Notes under the pieces: generated by a model
What the model was told of the DNA's origin: nothing
The model's database searches: none
Seen by the model: only the letters and a program-made list of their open reading frames with translations
Shown here: positions 1 to 8,733 of the stretch, piece by piece
Position numbering within the stretch: the stretch's first letter is position 1
Layout: the number at the start of each line of letters is the position of its first letter
Source of the DNA: an uncultured Thermoleophilia bacterium
Lineage (GTDB): Bacteria; Actinomycetota; Thermoleophilia; Gaiellales; Gaiellaceae
DNA: 64,000 nt
Reading direction: 5' to 3'
Assembly: GCA_963742615.1 (NCBI GenBank)
Contig: CAVUMS010000006.1
Coordinates: forward strand, 38,877-102,876
Position numbers and translations under genes: made by a program

Positions 1-1
1 C

Positions 2-1498
2 TGCTCGCGCTCGCTGACCAGCCGCTGCACGGGCGACGCGAACGCGAAGCCCGACCCGCTCCCGGACGAGCCGGGCGGCTACGACGGCTTCAACGCGCTC
101 TACGGCTCGAAGTACGTGAACCCGGCGATCACGAGCCCGTCGAGCGGGTGCGTCAACAACACGGCCGGGATGCCGATCCCGGATCCGAAGGGCAACTGCG
201 GCTTCCCGGGCTTCGACGGGATGCTCGCGACGAACACCCTCGGCTAGGTCGCGCAGATGCAGGAGAACGGCGTGCCCGTGACCTACGGCTACATCTCGGA
301 CGCGCACGACATCCACGTCCCGAACACCGGCTCGGACTCGTTCGTGTCGACCGCCGCCGGGCCGGGGCAGTTCGAGTACCAGCAGCAGCTGAAGGCGTAC
401 GACGACGCGTTCGCCGCGTTCTTCACGAACCTTCAGGCACACGGGATCGACAAGTCGAACACGCTGTTCGTGATCACCGTCGACGAGGGCGACCACTTCG
501 CCGGCGGCATCGGCTCGCCCGATCCGCAGCATCCGGGGGCGCTCGCCTACACGCACGCGAACTGCGCCGCGAACGCGCAGGGCATCCTCAACTGCCCGGC
601 GAACCAGATCGGCGAGGTCAACGCGAACCTGCAGCCGCTGACGGGACGCACCGACTTCTCGGTGCACTCGGACGACGCGCCGACCTTCTACCTCAACGGC
701 AATCCGAGGCCGAGCAGCTCGACGGTGCGGAGCCTCGAGCACCAGCTGGCGAACATGAAGCTCTCCGACCCGTACGTGAACAACGGAGCGCTTGCGCCGA
801 TCGCCGTCAACTTCGCCGACCCGGTCGAGGAGGCGACGCTGCACATGGTCAACACCGATCCGAGCCGGACGCCGACGTTCACGATGTTCGGCAACGACGA
901 CATCTTCTTCACGGCCGGCCCGACCGGCCCGTCGTGCGGAAGCAACCCGTGCGTCGCTCCGGCCTTCGCGTGGAACCACGGTGACATCCAGGAGGAGATC
1001 GGCAACACGTGGGTCGGCATCGTCGGGCCGGGCGTCGCCCCGAACGGCGTCGACGCGACGACGTGGACCGATCACACGAACCTGCGTCCGACGATCCTGG
1101 CGCTGACCGGCCTGAAGGACACTACCGCGACGACGGCGCCGTGCTCTCGCAGGCGCTGACACCGGCCGGCACGCCGTCGGCGGTGCAGTCGCAGAAGGCG
1201 ACGTTCGAGCAGCTGCAGCAGCTGTACGAGCAGCTGAACGCGCCGTTCGGGCAGTTCGGGACGGACACGCTCGCAGCGTCGACGCGAGGCATCGAGAGCA
1301 ACTTCATCGGTGACCTCACGTACCTCGTGACGGAGCGGAACATCACCAACCTGACCGGCGCAGCGGAACCAGCTGGCAGGTGAGATCCACAGTGCGCTTG
1401 CAGGCGCGGCGTTCGACGGGACGCCGATCAACCCCGTGCAGGCGGCGCTCTGGCAGGTGCGGGGGGCGAGCCTCCTGGCTCTCGCCCACAGCCTCTGA
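2..1498 (+). pseudogene. Phosphoesterase / alkaline-phosphatase-superfamily protein (AcpA/PlcN-like), 5' partial, disrupted
   Basis: Frame-2 translation from the window edge (..YDGFNALYGSKYVNPAI..GFDGMLATNTLG) hits an in-frame TAG at 245-247. It continues as ORF 257..1159 (YGYISDAHDIHVP..LFVITVDEGDHFAGG). The frame changes at 1120/1121 (ORF 1009..1383, ..YRDDGAVLSQAL..) and again near 1365, into a third frame ending TGA 1496-1498 (NQLAGEIHSALAGAAFDGTPINPVQAALWQV). Family call is from motif memory only. Confidence 0.6.
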
Positions 1499-1505
1499 CG
1501 GGCGG

Positions 1506-2222
1506 TTAGCGACGGCGCGATACGGAGGGCTGCCCCTGGGCGGCCCTCCGGAGCGCCTCCACCTCGCCGGCCTCGAGCTCGCGCCACGCGCCGGGCTCGA
1601 GCCCGGCGAGCGTCAGCGGCCCGTAGCGGCTTCTGTGCAGCGCCACGACCGGATGCCCGACCGCCTCGAGCATGCGCCGCACCTGGCGGTTCTTGCCCTC
1701 GTGGATCGTCAGCTCGAGCGTCGACGGGCCGAGCCTCACGACGCGCGCCGGCGCGGTGCGCCCGTCGGTCAGGTCGATCCCGGCGGCGAGGCGCGCGACG
1801 ACCGCGTTCGTCGGCTCGCCCTCCACCTCGGCGACGTAGACCTTGTCGACCTCGTAGCGCGGGTGGGCGAGCCGGTGCGCGAGCGAGCCGTCGTTGGTCA
1901 GGAGGAGCGCGCCCGTCGTCTCGGTGTCGAGGCGCCCGACGGGGACGACGCGCACCGGGTGCTCGACGAGCCCGACGACGGTCGGGCGGCCCTGCGGGTC
2001 GCGCGCGGTCGTGACGACGCCGGCCGGCTTGTGCAGGAGGACGTAGGCGAGCTGCTGCGGGGAGAGGGGCTTGCCGTCGAGGCGCACCTCGTCCTGCCCC
2101 TCGACGAAGGTGTTGAGCTGCCCGCGATCGCCGTTGACGGTGACGCGCCCGGCCTTGATCAGCTCGTCGGCACGCCGCCGCGAGCCCACCCCCGCCCGCG
2201 CGAGCCAGGCATTCAACCGCAT
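1506..2222 (-). CDS. rluB: 23S rRNA pseudouridine synthase, RsuA/RluB family
   Basis: Uninterrupted 238-aa ORF. S4-like N-terminus (MRLNAWLARAGVGSRRRADELIKAGRVTVNG) and synthase core (HKPAGVVTT, VGRLDTETTGALLLTNDG). Confidence 0.9.
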   Translation of the reverse strand: MRLNAWLARAGVGSRRRADELIKAGRVTVNGDRGQLNTFVEGQDEVRLDGKPLSPQQLAYVLLHKPAGVVTTARDPQGRPTVVGLVEHPVRVVPVGRLDTETTGALLLTNDGSLAHRLAHPRYEVDKVYVAEVEGEPTNAVVARLAAGIDLTDGRTAPARVVRLGPSTLELTIHEGKNRQVRRMLEAVGHPVVALHRSRYGPLTLAGLEPGAWRELEAGEVEALRRAAQGQPSVSRRR

Positions 2223-2270
2223 GCCCGAAGTCTGGCACTCGGGCCACGGCCCGCATGCCCCAAACCGGTG

Positions 2271-2813
2271 CTAGTAGAGGGCGGTCGCGAGCCGGCGGCG
2301 GTACTGGACGGTCAGCGGATGCTCGTGGCCGAGCTCGCCGAAGAGGCGCACCATCAGCTCGCGCGTCTCGTCCCGCGACTCGGGGTCGCGCTCGACGCGC
2401 TCGAGCAGCAGCCGGAACGCGCCCTCGTAGTCGCCCGCCTGCAGCAGCGGCGCGAGCTCCTCGTCCTCCACCGTCTCGGCCACGGGCGGCTTCGTGAGCT
2501 CGTCGAGAAACGCCTCGACGCCTGCCCGCGCCTGCGCACCGACGAACTCGGCGACGACGTGCCCGTTCCGGAATGCCTTCACGGCCGGGATCCCGCGGAC
2601 GTCGTACTCGAGCGCGATCTGCTGGTTGGCGTCGACGTCCACCTTCGCCAGTCGCACGCTTCGCTCCGCGGTCGCCTCTTCGAGGAGCGGTCCGAGCTGC
2701 TTGCACGGCCCGCACCACTCCGCCCAGAAGTCGACGACCACCGGCTCGGTGGCCGACCGCTCGATCACCTCGGTCTCGAACGTGGCGTCTGTGACGTCCA
2801 TCGACAACCTCAA
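2271..2813 (-). CDS. Thioredoxin-domain protein with helical C-terminal extension (YbbN/CnoX-like)
   Basis: Uninterrupted ORF with a WCGPC active site (VVVDFWAEWCGPCKQL). The probable start is MDVTD at 2801. Confidence 0.85.
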   Translation of the reverse strand: MRLSMDVTDATFETEVIERSATEPVVVDFWAEWCGPCKQLGPLLEEATAERSVRLAKVDVDANQQIALEYDVRGIPAVKAFRNGHVVAEFVGAQARAGVEAFLDELTKPPVAETVEDEELAPLLQAGDYEGAFRLLLERVERDPESRDETRELMVRLFGELGHEHPLTVQYRRRLATALY

Positions 2814-2908
2814 CGCTCGCTCGGCCCGATTCGTTCCGCGATGAGTTTGCGGTTGGCGCGCGGTCGGTATGCAGTGAACGTCACAACGAGCGAGGGGAGC
2901 AACACGGA

Positions 2909-3277
2909 ATGGGACAGCCGGTCGTGCACTTCGAGATCATCGGCAAGGATGCCGACAAGCTGCAGGGCTACTACGGCGAGCTCTTCGGCTGGACGTTCGA
3001 CGCGAACAATCCGATGCGCTACGGCACGGTCGAGCGCGAGCAGAACCTCTCGCCCGACGGCGTGGGGATCGGCGGCGGCGTGGGCACAGGCCCCGACGGC
3101 TACGAGGGTCACGTCACCTTCTACGTCGCCGTTCCCGACATCGAGGCGGCGCTCGCCAAGGCGGAGAGCCTCGGCGGCAAGCGCGTGATGGGGCCGGAGA
3201 AGGTGATGGAGTCGATCGAGATCGGCCTGTTCACCGACCCCGAGGGTCACCTGGTCGGCGTCGTCAACCCGAGCTGA
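2909..3277 (+). CDS. VOC (glyoxalase/bleomycin-resistance) family protein
   Basis: 122-aa ORF with the pattern typical of small VOC proteins: [53 protein letters not shown]. Confidence 0.8.
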   Translation: MGQPVVHFEIIGKDADKLQGYYGELFGWTFDANNPMRYGTVEREQNLSPDGVGIGGGVGTGPDGYEGHVTFYVAVPDIEAALAKAESLGGKRVMGPEKVMESIEIGLFTDPEGHLVGVVNPS

Positions 3278-4612
3278 GCGCGTACAGGCGCCACTCGCCG
3301 GGCACGCCCTTCAGCTCGGCCGCGCCGCGGTCCAAGAACTCGAGGCCGGAGCCGGCGACGAGGTCCTTGACGGTGCTCGACACGAGGACCTCGCCCGGCT
3401 CCGCCTGAGCCGCGACGCGGGCGCCGATGTGCACGGCGATCCCGCCGACCTTGTCCTCGATCACCTCGCACTCGCCGGTGTGAAGCCCCGCGCGGACCTC
3501 GATGCCGAGGTCGCGGACGCCGTCCGAGATCGCCTGCGCGCAGCGAATCGCCCGCGCGGGGCCGTCGAACGAGGCGAAGAAGCCGTCGCCGGCCGTGTCG
3601 AGCTCGCGGCCGCGATAACGCGCAAGCTGGCCGCGCACGACGACGTGGTGCCGCTCGACGAGCTCGCGCCAGCCGCGGTCGCCGAGCTCGACCGCCTTTG
3701 CCGTCGAGCCGACGATGTCGGTGAAGAGGATGGTCGCGAGCACCCGGTCGGGCTCGGAGGCATCCCAGCCTCCGCCCTCGTAGACCCCGGTGACGAAAGC
3801 CTCGAGCTCGTGCACGCAGCGAATCCGTATCGCCGTAGTACGGCATGTGCGGCCCGCCGGGAAGCTCGACGAAGCGTGCACCGGGGATCTGGTCCGGCGG
3901 TCCAGCGGGCGACCTCGATCGGCAGGTCGTCCTCGCTGCGGTGGAGCACGAGCGTGGGGACACGGATCGTCGGGAGCACGTCGCGCACGTCGATCTGCGC
4001 GTTCATCTGCTCCAGCGCGATGATCGCCCCCGGGCTCGCACTCAGGCGCTGGCGGGAGGCGTGCCACTTGACCTCTTTCTCGGTGGGCTCCCTGCCCTGG
4101 CGCTGCAGGAACTCGACCGCGGCTTCGTCCGTCCCCCAGCTCCGCGACCATTCGTCGGCGTCGCGCATGTACTCGTCGAGCGGCTGGCCGAGCGGGAAGT
4201 CGGGCGCCCACACGAAGCGCGGCATCGATCCGTAGACGACCAGCGCCGGCGTTCGTTCGGGGTACGTCGCCGCGAAGAGGATGCTCATCGGCCCGCCTTC
4301 GGAGGCTCCGACGAGCGCAGCGCGCTCCGAGCCCACTGCGTCCATCACGGCCCGGACATCGTCCATCCGCGTCTCCAGGTTCGCGATTCCCGCGACGCGG
4401 TCCGACGCGCCGGTCCCTCGCTTGTCGAAGACGATCAAGCGGCTGAAGGAGGCGATCCGCTCGAAGAACGCGGCGCGCGCGGGATCCTCCCAGATCAGGT
4501 CGACGTTCGAGACGGCACCCGGGACGTAGACGAGATCGAACGGCCCGTCGCCGACCACCTGATAGGCGATGCTGACGTCGCCGCTTCTCGCGTACCGCGT
4601 CTCGGGCTGCAC
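3264..4612 (-). pseudogene. Alpha/beta-hydrolase - class III adenylate/guanylate cyclase fusion, two frameshifts
   Basis: N-terminal hydrolase fold in ORF 3461..4612 ([22 protein letters not shown]). A short middle block ([25 protein letters not shown]) sits in ORF 3247..3963. The cyclase domain is in ORF 3264..4211 ([45 protein letters not shown]). Frame changes lie near 3900 and 3820. Confidence 0.75.
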
Positions 4613-4634
4613 GCCCGTAGTGTGTCGCGCTCGG

Positions 4635-5240
4635 CTACGCGGTGCGCTTCTCGGCGACCGCTTCGAGGCGCTCGCGGATCTCGCCCACGTCGGCGCCGAG
4701 GTCGTCGACCCGCGGCAGCGCCGCGAGCGACTCCAGGCCGAACACCCGCTCGAAGAGCGGCGTCGTGCGGTAGCGGATCGCCCCGAACTCGTTGTCGCGC
4801 CCGCCCTCGGCGATCAGCCCGCGCTCGACGAGCCCGGAGACGACGCCGTCGACGTTGACCCCGCGGATCCGCGCGATCTCCGGCCGTGACACCGGCCCGA
4901 GGTAGGCGACGATCGCGGCCGTCTCGAGCGCGGCCTGCGACAGCCCCTTCTCGGCCGGACGCTCGAAGAGGCGCGCGCACGCCTCGGCGGCGTCGGCGGA
5001 GGCGCGGAAGGCGAACCCGCCCGCGACGTGCTCGAGCACGATCCCGCTCGAGCCCTCCGCGTAGCGCTTCCAGAGCAGCTCGAGCGCGTCGCCGATCTCC
5101 TCCGCGTCGGCCTCGCAGGCCGACTGCAGCTCCTCGAGCGGGAGCGGCTGCGACGCGACCACGAGCAGCGCCTCGATGGTGCGCGCCAGCTCGGCTGACT
5201 GCGTCGTCTCGGTCGGGATCAGGCGGAGCGGACGTTCCAA
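4635..5240 (-). CDS. scpB: Segregation and condensation protein B
   Basis: Uninterrupted 201-aa ORF (IEALLVVASQPLPLEEL..GGFAFRA..LSQAALETAAIVAYLGPVSRPEIARIRGVNVDGVV). Overlaps the scpA stop by 22 nt. Confidence 0.9.
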   Translation of the reverse strand: MERPLRLIPTETTQSAELARTIEALLVVASQPLPLEELQSACEADAEEIGDALELLWKRYAEGSSGIVLEHVAGGFAFRASADAAEACARLFERPAEKGLSQAALETAAIVAYLGPVSRPEIARIRGVNVDGVVSGLVERGLIAEGGRDNEFGAIRYRTTPLFERVFGLESLAALPRVDDLGADVGEIRERLEAVAEKRTA

Positions 5241-5977
5241 GAGAGACTCCTTTCGGCATCGGCGCGGGAAATCCTTATCGGCGCGAACGGCCCGGCCTGC
5301 GCGATCGCGATCTCGTCCTGCTTGCGCAGCTCGAGCAGCGCCAGGAACGCGACGGCGACCTCCACCCTGGACAGCCCGCGGACTTCGCTGTCGAAGTCGA
5401 AGCGGCTGCGGCGGCGGAGCAGCGAGCGCCAGCGCTCGAGGAACTGCGAGACCGGCGGGAACCGAAGCGCCATGTGGGCCAGCGACGGCGCGGGCGGCTC
5501 GATCGCGAGCACGCGCAGCGCGCCGGCGAGCTTCTCCGGGTCCTGCGGCGCGAGCTTGCGCTCGACCTGCGGCGCAAGCGGCGCCGGCCCGAGCCGGAAG
5601 AACAGGTTGCGCCGCTCCTCGATCCGCCGGCGCAGGAACTGCGCGGCCTCCTTCGCCCGCCGGTACTCGGCGAGCCGGCGGGCGAGCTCCTCGGCCGCCT
5701 CCTCGGGCTCGAGCTCGGCGAGCTCTGCGTCCTCGTCGGGGAACATCGCGCGCGCCTTCAGCTCGAGCAGCGCCGAGATCAGCACGAGGAACTCGCCGCA
5801 GGCGTCGAGGTCGAGCTCGCCCTTCCGGTCGAGGTGCTCGACGAACGCGATCACCACCTCCGCGAGGTCGATCTCGCGGAGCGGCAGCTCCTCGCGCAGC
5901 ACGAGCGAGAGCAGGAGGTCGAACGGGCCCTGGAACGCGTCCAGGTCCAGCTCGAGCTCGTGGACGGAGACCGTCAC
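5219..5977 (-). CDS. scpA: Segregation and condensation protein A
   Basis: C-terminal 252 codons of ORF 5219..6874, starting at GTG 5977 (VTVSVHELELDLDAFQGPFDLLLSLVLREELPL..). The start was computed by codon count from the ORF end. Confidence 0.85.
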   Translation of the reverse strand: MTVSVHELELDLDAFQGPFDLLLSLVLREELPLREIDLAEVVIAFVEHLDRKGELDLDACGEFLVLISALLELKARAMFPDEDAELAELEPEEAAEELARRLAEYRRAKEAAQFLRRRIEERRNLFFRLGPAPLAPQVERKLAPQDPEKLAGALRVLAIEPPAPSLAHMALRFPPVSQFLERWRSLLRRRSRFDFDSEVRGLSRVEVAVAFLALLELRKQDEIAIAQAGPFAPIRISRADAERSLSWNVRSA

Positions 5978-5997
5978 CGCGCGAAACGCTATCGGCG

Positions 5998-6874
5998 CTA
6001 GCGGACGCGGCCCTTGGGGATGGCCATCGCCGGCCCCTGCTTCGGTTCCGGCCGTTTCGGCTCGCGCACGCCGCGCGCGGGGTCGCGCCGCTGCCACCAG
6101 ATGAAGAAGCCGGTCGAGCAGATGAACACGATCAGCGACACCCAGGCGTTCAGGCGCAGCCCGGCGATGTGGTGCGCCGGATCGACCCGGATGAGCTCCT
6201 CGAAGAAGCGGCCGAAGCAGTAGTAGGAGACGTAGAGCGCAAAGAGCGACGGCGGCCGCAGCTTGAAGCGCCGGTCGACCCAGATCAGGAGCCCCACCCC
6301 GGCGAAGTCCCAGATCAGCTCGTAGAGGAAGGTCGGGTGGAAGGTCGCGCGGTCGAAGTACTGGATCGGCCGGTGGCTCGGGTCGATCTTGAGCCCCCAC
6401 GGCAGCGTGGTCGGCTTGCCGAAGAGCTCCTGGTTCCACCAGTTGCCGATCCGCCCGATCCCCTGCGCGAGCAGGAGGCCCGGCGCGGCGGCGTCCATGA
6501 ACTTCGTGACCGAGTAGCCGGAGCGCCTGACGACGACGGCGCCGGCGATCGTCCCGAAGAGGATCCCGCCCCATACGCCGAGGCCGCCCTGCCAGACCTC
6601 CCAGATGCCCTTCCACTTGGGGCTCGGGACCTCGCTCCAGGAGGTGATGTCGTGGTAGAGGCGCGCGCCGACGACCCCGAAGCCGACGCCCCAGACGGCG
6701 ACGCGCGTGACGAGGTCCCAGTCGCCGCCCATCTTCACCCAGCGGCGCCCGGTCAGCCAGATGCACGCGAGGATGGCGACGAGCAGCGTGAGCCCGTACA
6801 TGTGCAGCTGCAGCGGGCCGAGGTCGACCGACGCCGCTGTGAGGCGATGGGATGTAGGCGATGAGAAGCCGCAT
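5998..6874 (-). pseudogene. lgt: Prolipoprotein diacylglyceryl transferase with one frameshift near codon 15
   Basis: ATG 6874 gives MRLLIAYIPSPHSGV. The rest continues in the frame of ORF 5998..7191 (VDLGPLQLHMYGLTLL..GGLGVWGGILFG..GRIGNWWNQELFGKPT..). The junction agcggcgtcGgtcgac at about 6829/6830 looks like one extra G. Confidence 0.85.
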
Positions 6875-7504
6875 CTAGACCCTGGTCCGGGGCAGTGAAG
6901 CAGGTCCCTCGGAGGGAACGGCGGCGAACCCGCGGACGAGCGTCCCGAGCGCGTCGCGCCAGAAAGCCTCCTCGCGACCGGCGGGCAGCAGGCCTCGGAG
7001 CTCGAGCGCCGCGAGCCCCTCGCAGAGCGCGTGGAAGGAGCAGGCGGCGTCGAACACCGTGCGCCCGCCGAGCAGTCCAGCCGTCTCGAGCCGCCCGACC
7101 TTCGCCTCGAGACCGACCCAGGCCTCCCGCGCAACCGACGGGTCGACCGGCGCGTAGCCGGGGCCCTCGAGCGTGCGCTGGACGCTGACACGGAAGAGCG
7201 ACGGATGCGAGACCGCGAAGTCGCGGAAGACGACGATGCCCGCCTCGACGAGGTCGGCCGCCGCGTCGTCCGTCGTCGGAAGCCCCTCGATGCCGATCCG
7301 CAGCAGCTCGTAGGCGCGCGCGCCGAGCGCCGTCACCAGCCCGTCCTTCGAGCCGTAGAGGCTGTAGACGGCGCGCGTGGTCGTTCCGGCCGCTTCGGCG
7401 ACGCGGCGGACGGAGAGCGCGCCGACGCCCTCCGTCTCGATCAGGCGCTCGGCCGCGTCGAGCAGGTCGTCGGCGATGCGCGGCTGATGACGGGGCCGTC
7501 CCAT
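6875..7504 (-). CDS. TetR/AcrR family transcriptional regulator
   Basis: Uninterrupted 209-aa ORF with an N-terminal HTH (LLDAAERLIETEGVGALSVRRVAEAAGTTTRAVYSLYGSKDGLV). Its stop codon abuts the lgt start. Confidence 0.85.
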   Translation of the reverse strand: MGRPRHQPRIADDLLDAAERLIETEGVGALSVRRVAEAAGTTTRAVYSLYGSKDGLVTALGARAYELLRIGIEGLPTTDDAAADLVEAGIVVFRDFAVSHPSLFRVSVQRTLEGPGYAPVDPSVAREAWVGLEAKVGRLETAGLLGGRTVFDAACSFHALCEGLAALELRGLLPAGREEAFWRDALGTLVRGFAAVPSEGPASLPRTRV

Positions 7505-7521
7505 GGGCTTGTGTAGCGTAT

Positions 7522-7539
7522 CACCGTTACGTTACAGTG
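7522..7539. promoter_or_regulatory. Imperfect 18-bp palindrome, candidate TetR operator
   Basis: caccgttacgttacagtg matches its own reverse complement at 14 of 18 positions. It lies in the 60-bp divergent spacer between the TetR gene (start 7504) and the hydrolase gene (start 7565), which is locally AT-richer. Confidence 0.35.
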
Positions 7540-7564
7540 TTGCGAAACGGACGAGGGGATCGAG

Positions 7565-8375
7565 ATGACGACGTTCTTCGGAGAGATGGCAGGCGACCTT
7601 TCAGGCTCGACGGACGCACGGCCGCCGGTCGTGCTCGTGCACGGGCTGACCTTCGACCGGGCCTCGTGGCGGCCCGCACTGGATGAGCTCGGGCGCCTCG
7701 ACCCGGGCCGGCGGGTGCTCTCGCTCGACCTGCCGGGGCACGGCGAGTCGCCGCCCCGCGACTCCTACCGGATGGCGGAGACCGTCGAGCGCGTGCACGC
7801 GGCCGTCGAGGAGGCAGGGCTCGTCGCGCCGGTGCTGATCGGTCATTCGATCGGCGCGGTGGTCGCGACGATCTACGCGACCGAGCATCCGGTCAGCGGC
7901 GTCGTGAACGTCGACCAGTCGCTCGAGGTCGAGCCGTTCGGCTCGCAGATACGGGCGCTCGCGCCCGCGTTCGCCGGCCCGCAGTTCCCGCAGGTGTGGG
8001 CGGGCTTCTGGGCGAGCATGGAGATCGACCGCCTGCCGCCCGCGGCGCAGGAGCTGCTCGAGCGGGCGACGAGCGCCCAGCTCGGAGCTCGTGCTCGGCT
8101 ACTGGGCCGACCTGCTCGAGCGCCCGGACGAGATGCTCGAGTGGGCGACGGCACGGGCTACGCGACGCTGCGCGCACGGCGGGGTGCCGTACGAGGCCGT
8201 GGTCGGGCGCAACGTCGACGCCGAGCGCGCCTGGTACGCGCGCGAGCTGGCGCACGCGGTCGTCACCGAGATGCCGGGCTGCGGGCACTTCCCCCAGCTC
8301 GCACAACCGCAGGCGTTCGCCGCGCGGATCGCGGCGACGAACGACTGGGCGCAGGCGGTCTGGAGGGCCGCGTAG
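7565..8375 (+). pseudogene. Alpha/beta hydrolase, at least one frameshift
   Basis: ORF 7565..8422 carries VVLVHGLTFDRASW..LDLPGHGES..LIGHSIGAVVA. The C-terminus continues in ORF 8091..8375 (LGYWADLLERPDE..EMPGCGHFPQLAQP). The junction ctcgGagctc at 8084/8085 looks like one extra G. Confidence 0.75.
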
Positions 8376-8378
8376 AGG

Positions 8379-8600
8379 CTAGAGCAGGATCTGCTTCGCG
8401 AGCTCGGGCGAGCAGCCCTTGAGCAGGAGCTCGATCGCGCGATGGAGGTCGATGTCCATGCGGACGGCGATCGCCGCCGCGTCGGCGGGGCCGAAGCCGG
8501 CCCGCTCGAGCTCCTCGGCCCGCCAGCGCTCGACGAGCTCTTGCTCGGTGGGGCGGGTGGTGAGGTCGGCGGTCGGCATCATCGAATCTCTTTCTTGCAC
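8379..8600 (-). CDS. Small hypothetical protein (73 aa)
   Basis: Uninterrupted ORF (..ELVERWRAEELERAGFGPADAAAIAVRMDIDLHRAIELLLKGCSPELAKQILL). No family recognised. The start could be GTG 8600 or the internal ATG-ATG pair. Confidence 0.5.
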   Translation of the reverse strand: MQERDSMMPTADLTTRPTEQELVERWRAEELERAGFGPADAAAIAVRMDIDLHRAIELLLKGCSPELAKQILL

Positions 8601-8733
8601 ATTCTGTTCGGTTAAACGACGGATGTGGTTCTCCCCACAGTGGGGGATTCGAAGGATTTACGAATCGCTAACGGTTCCTCCGCAATCCACACTTCGCTCA
8701 ACCGCAAGCAGCGGCTTTTTGGTTGACGTCGTG

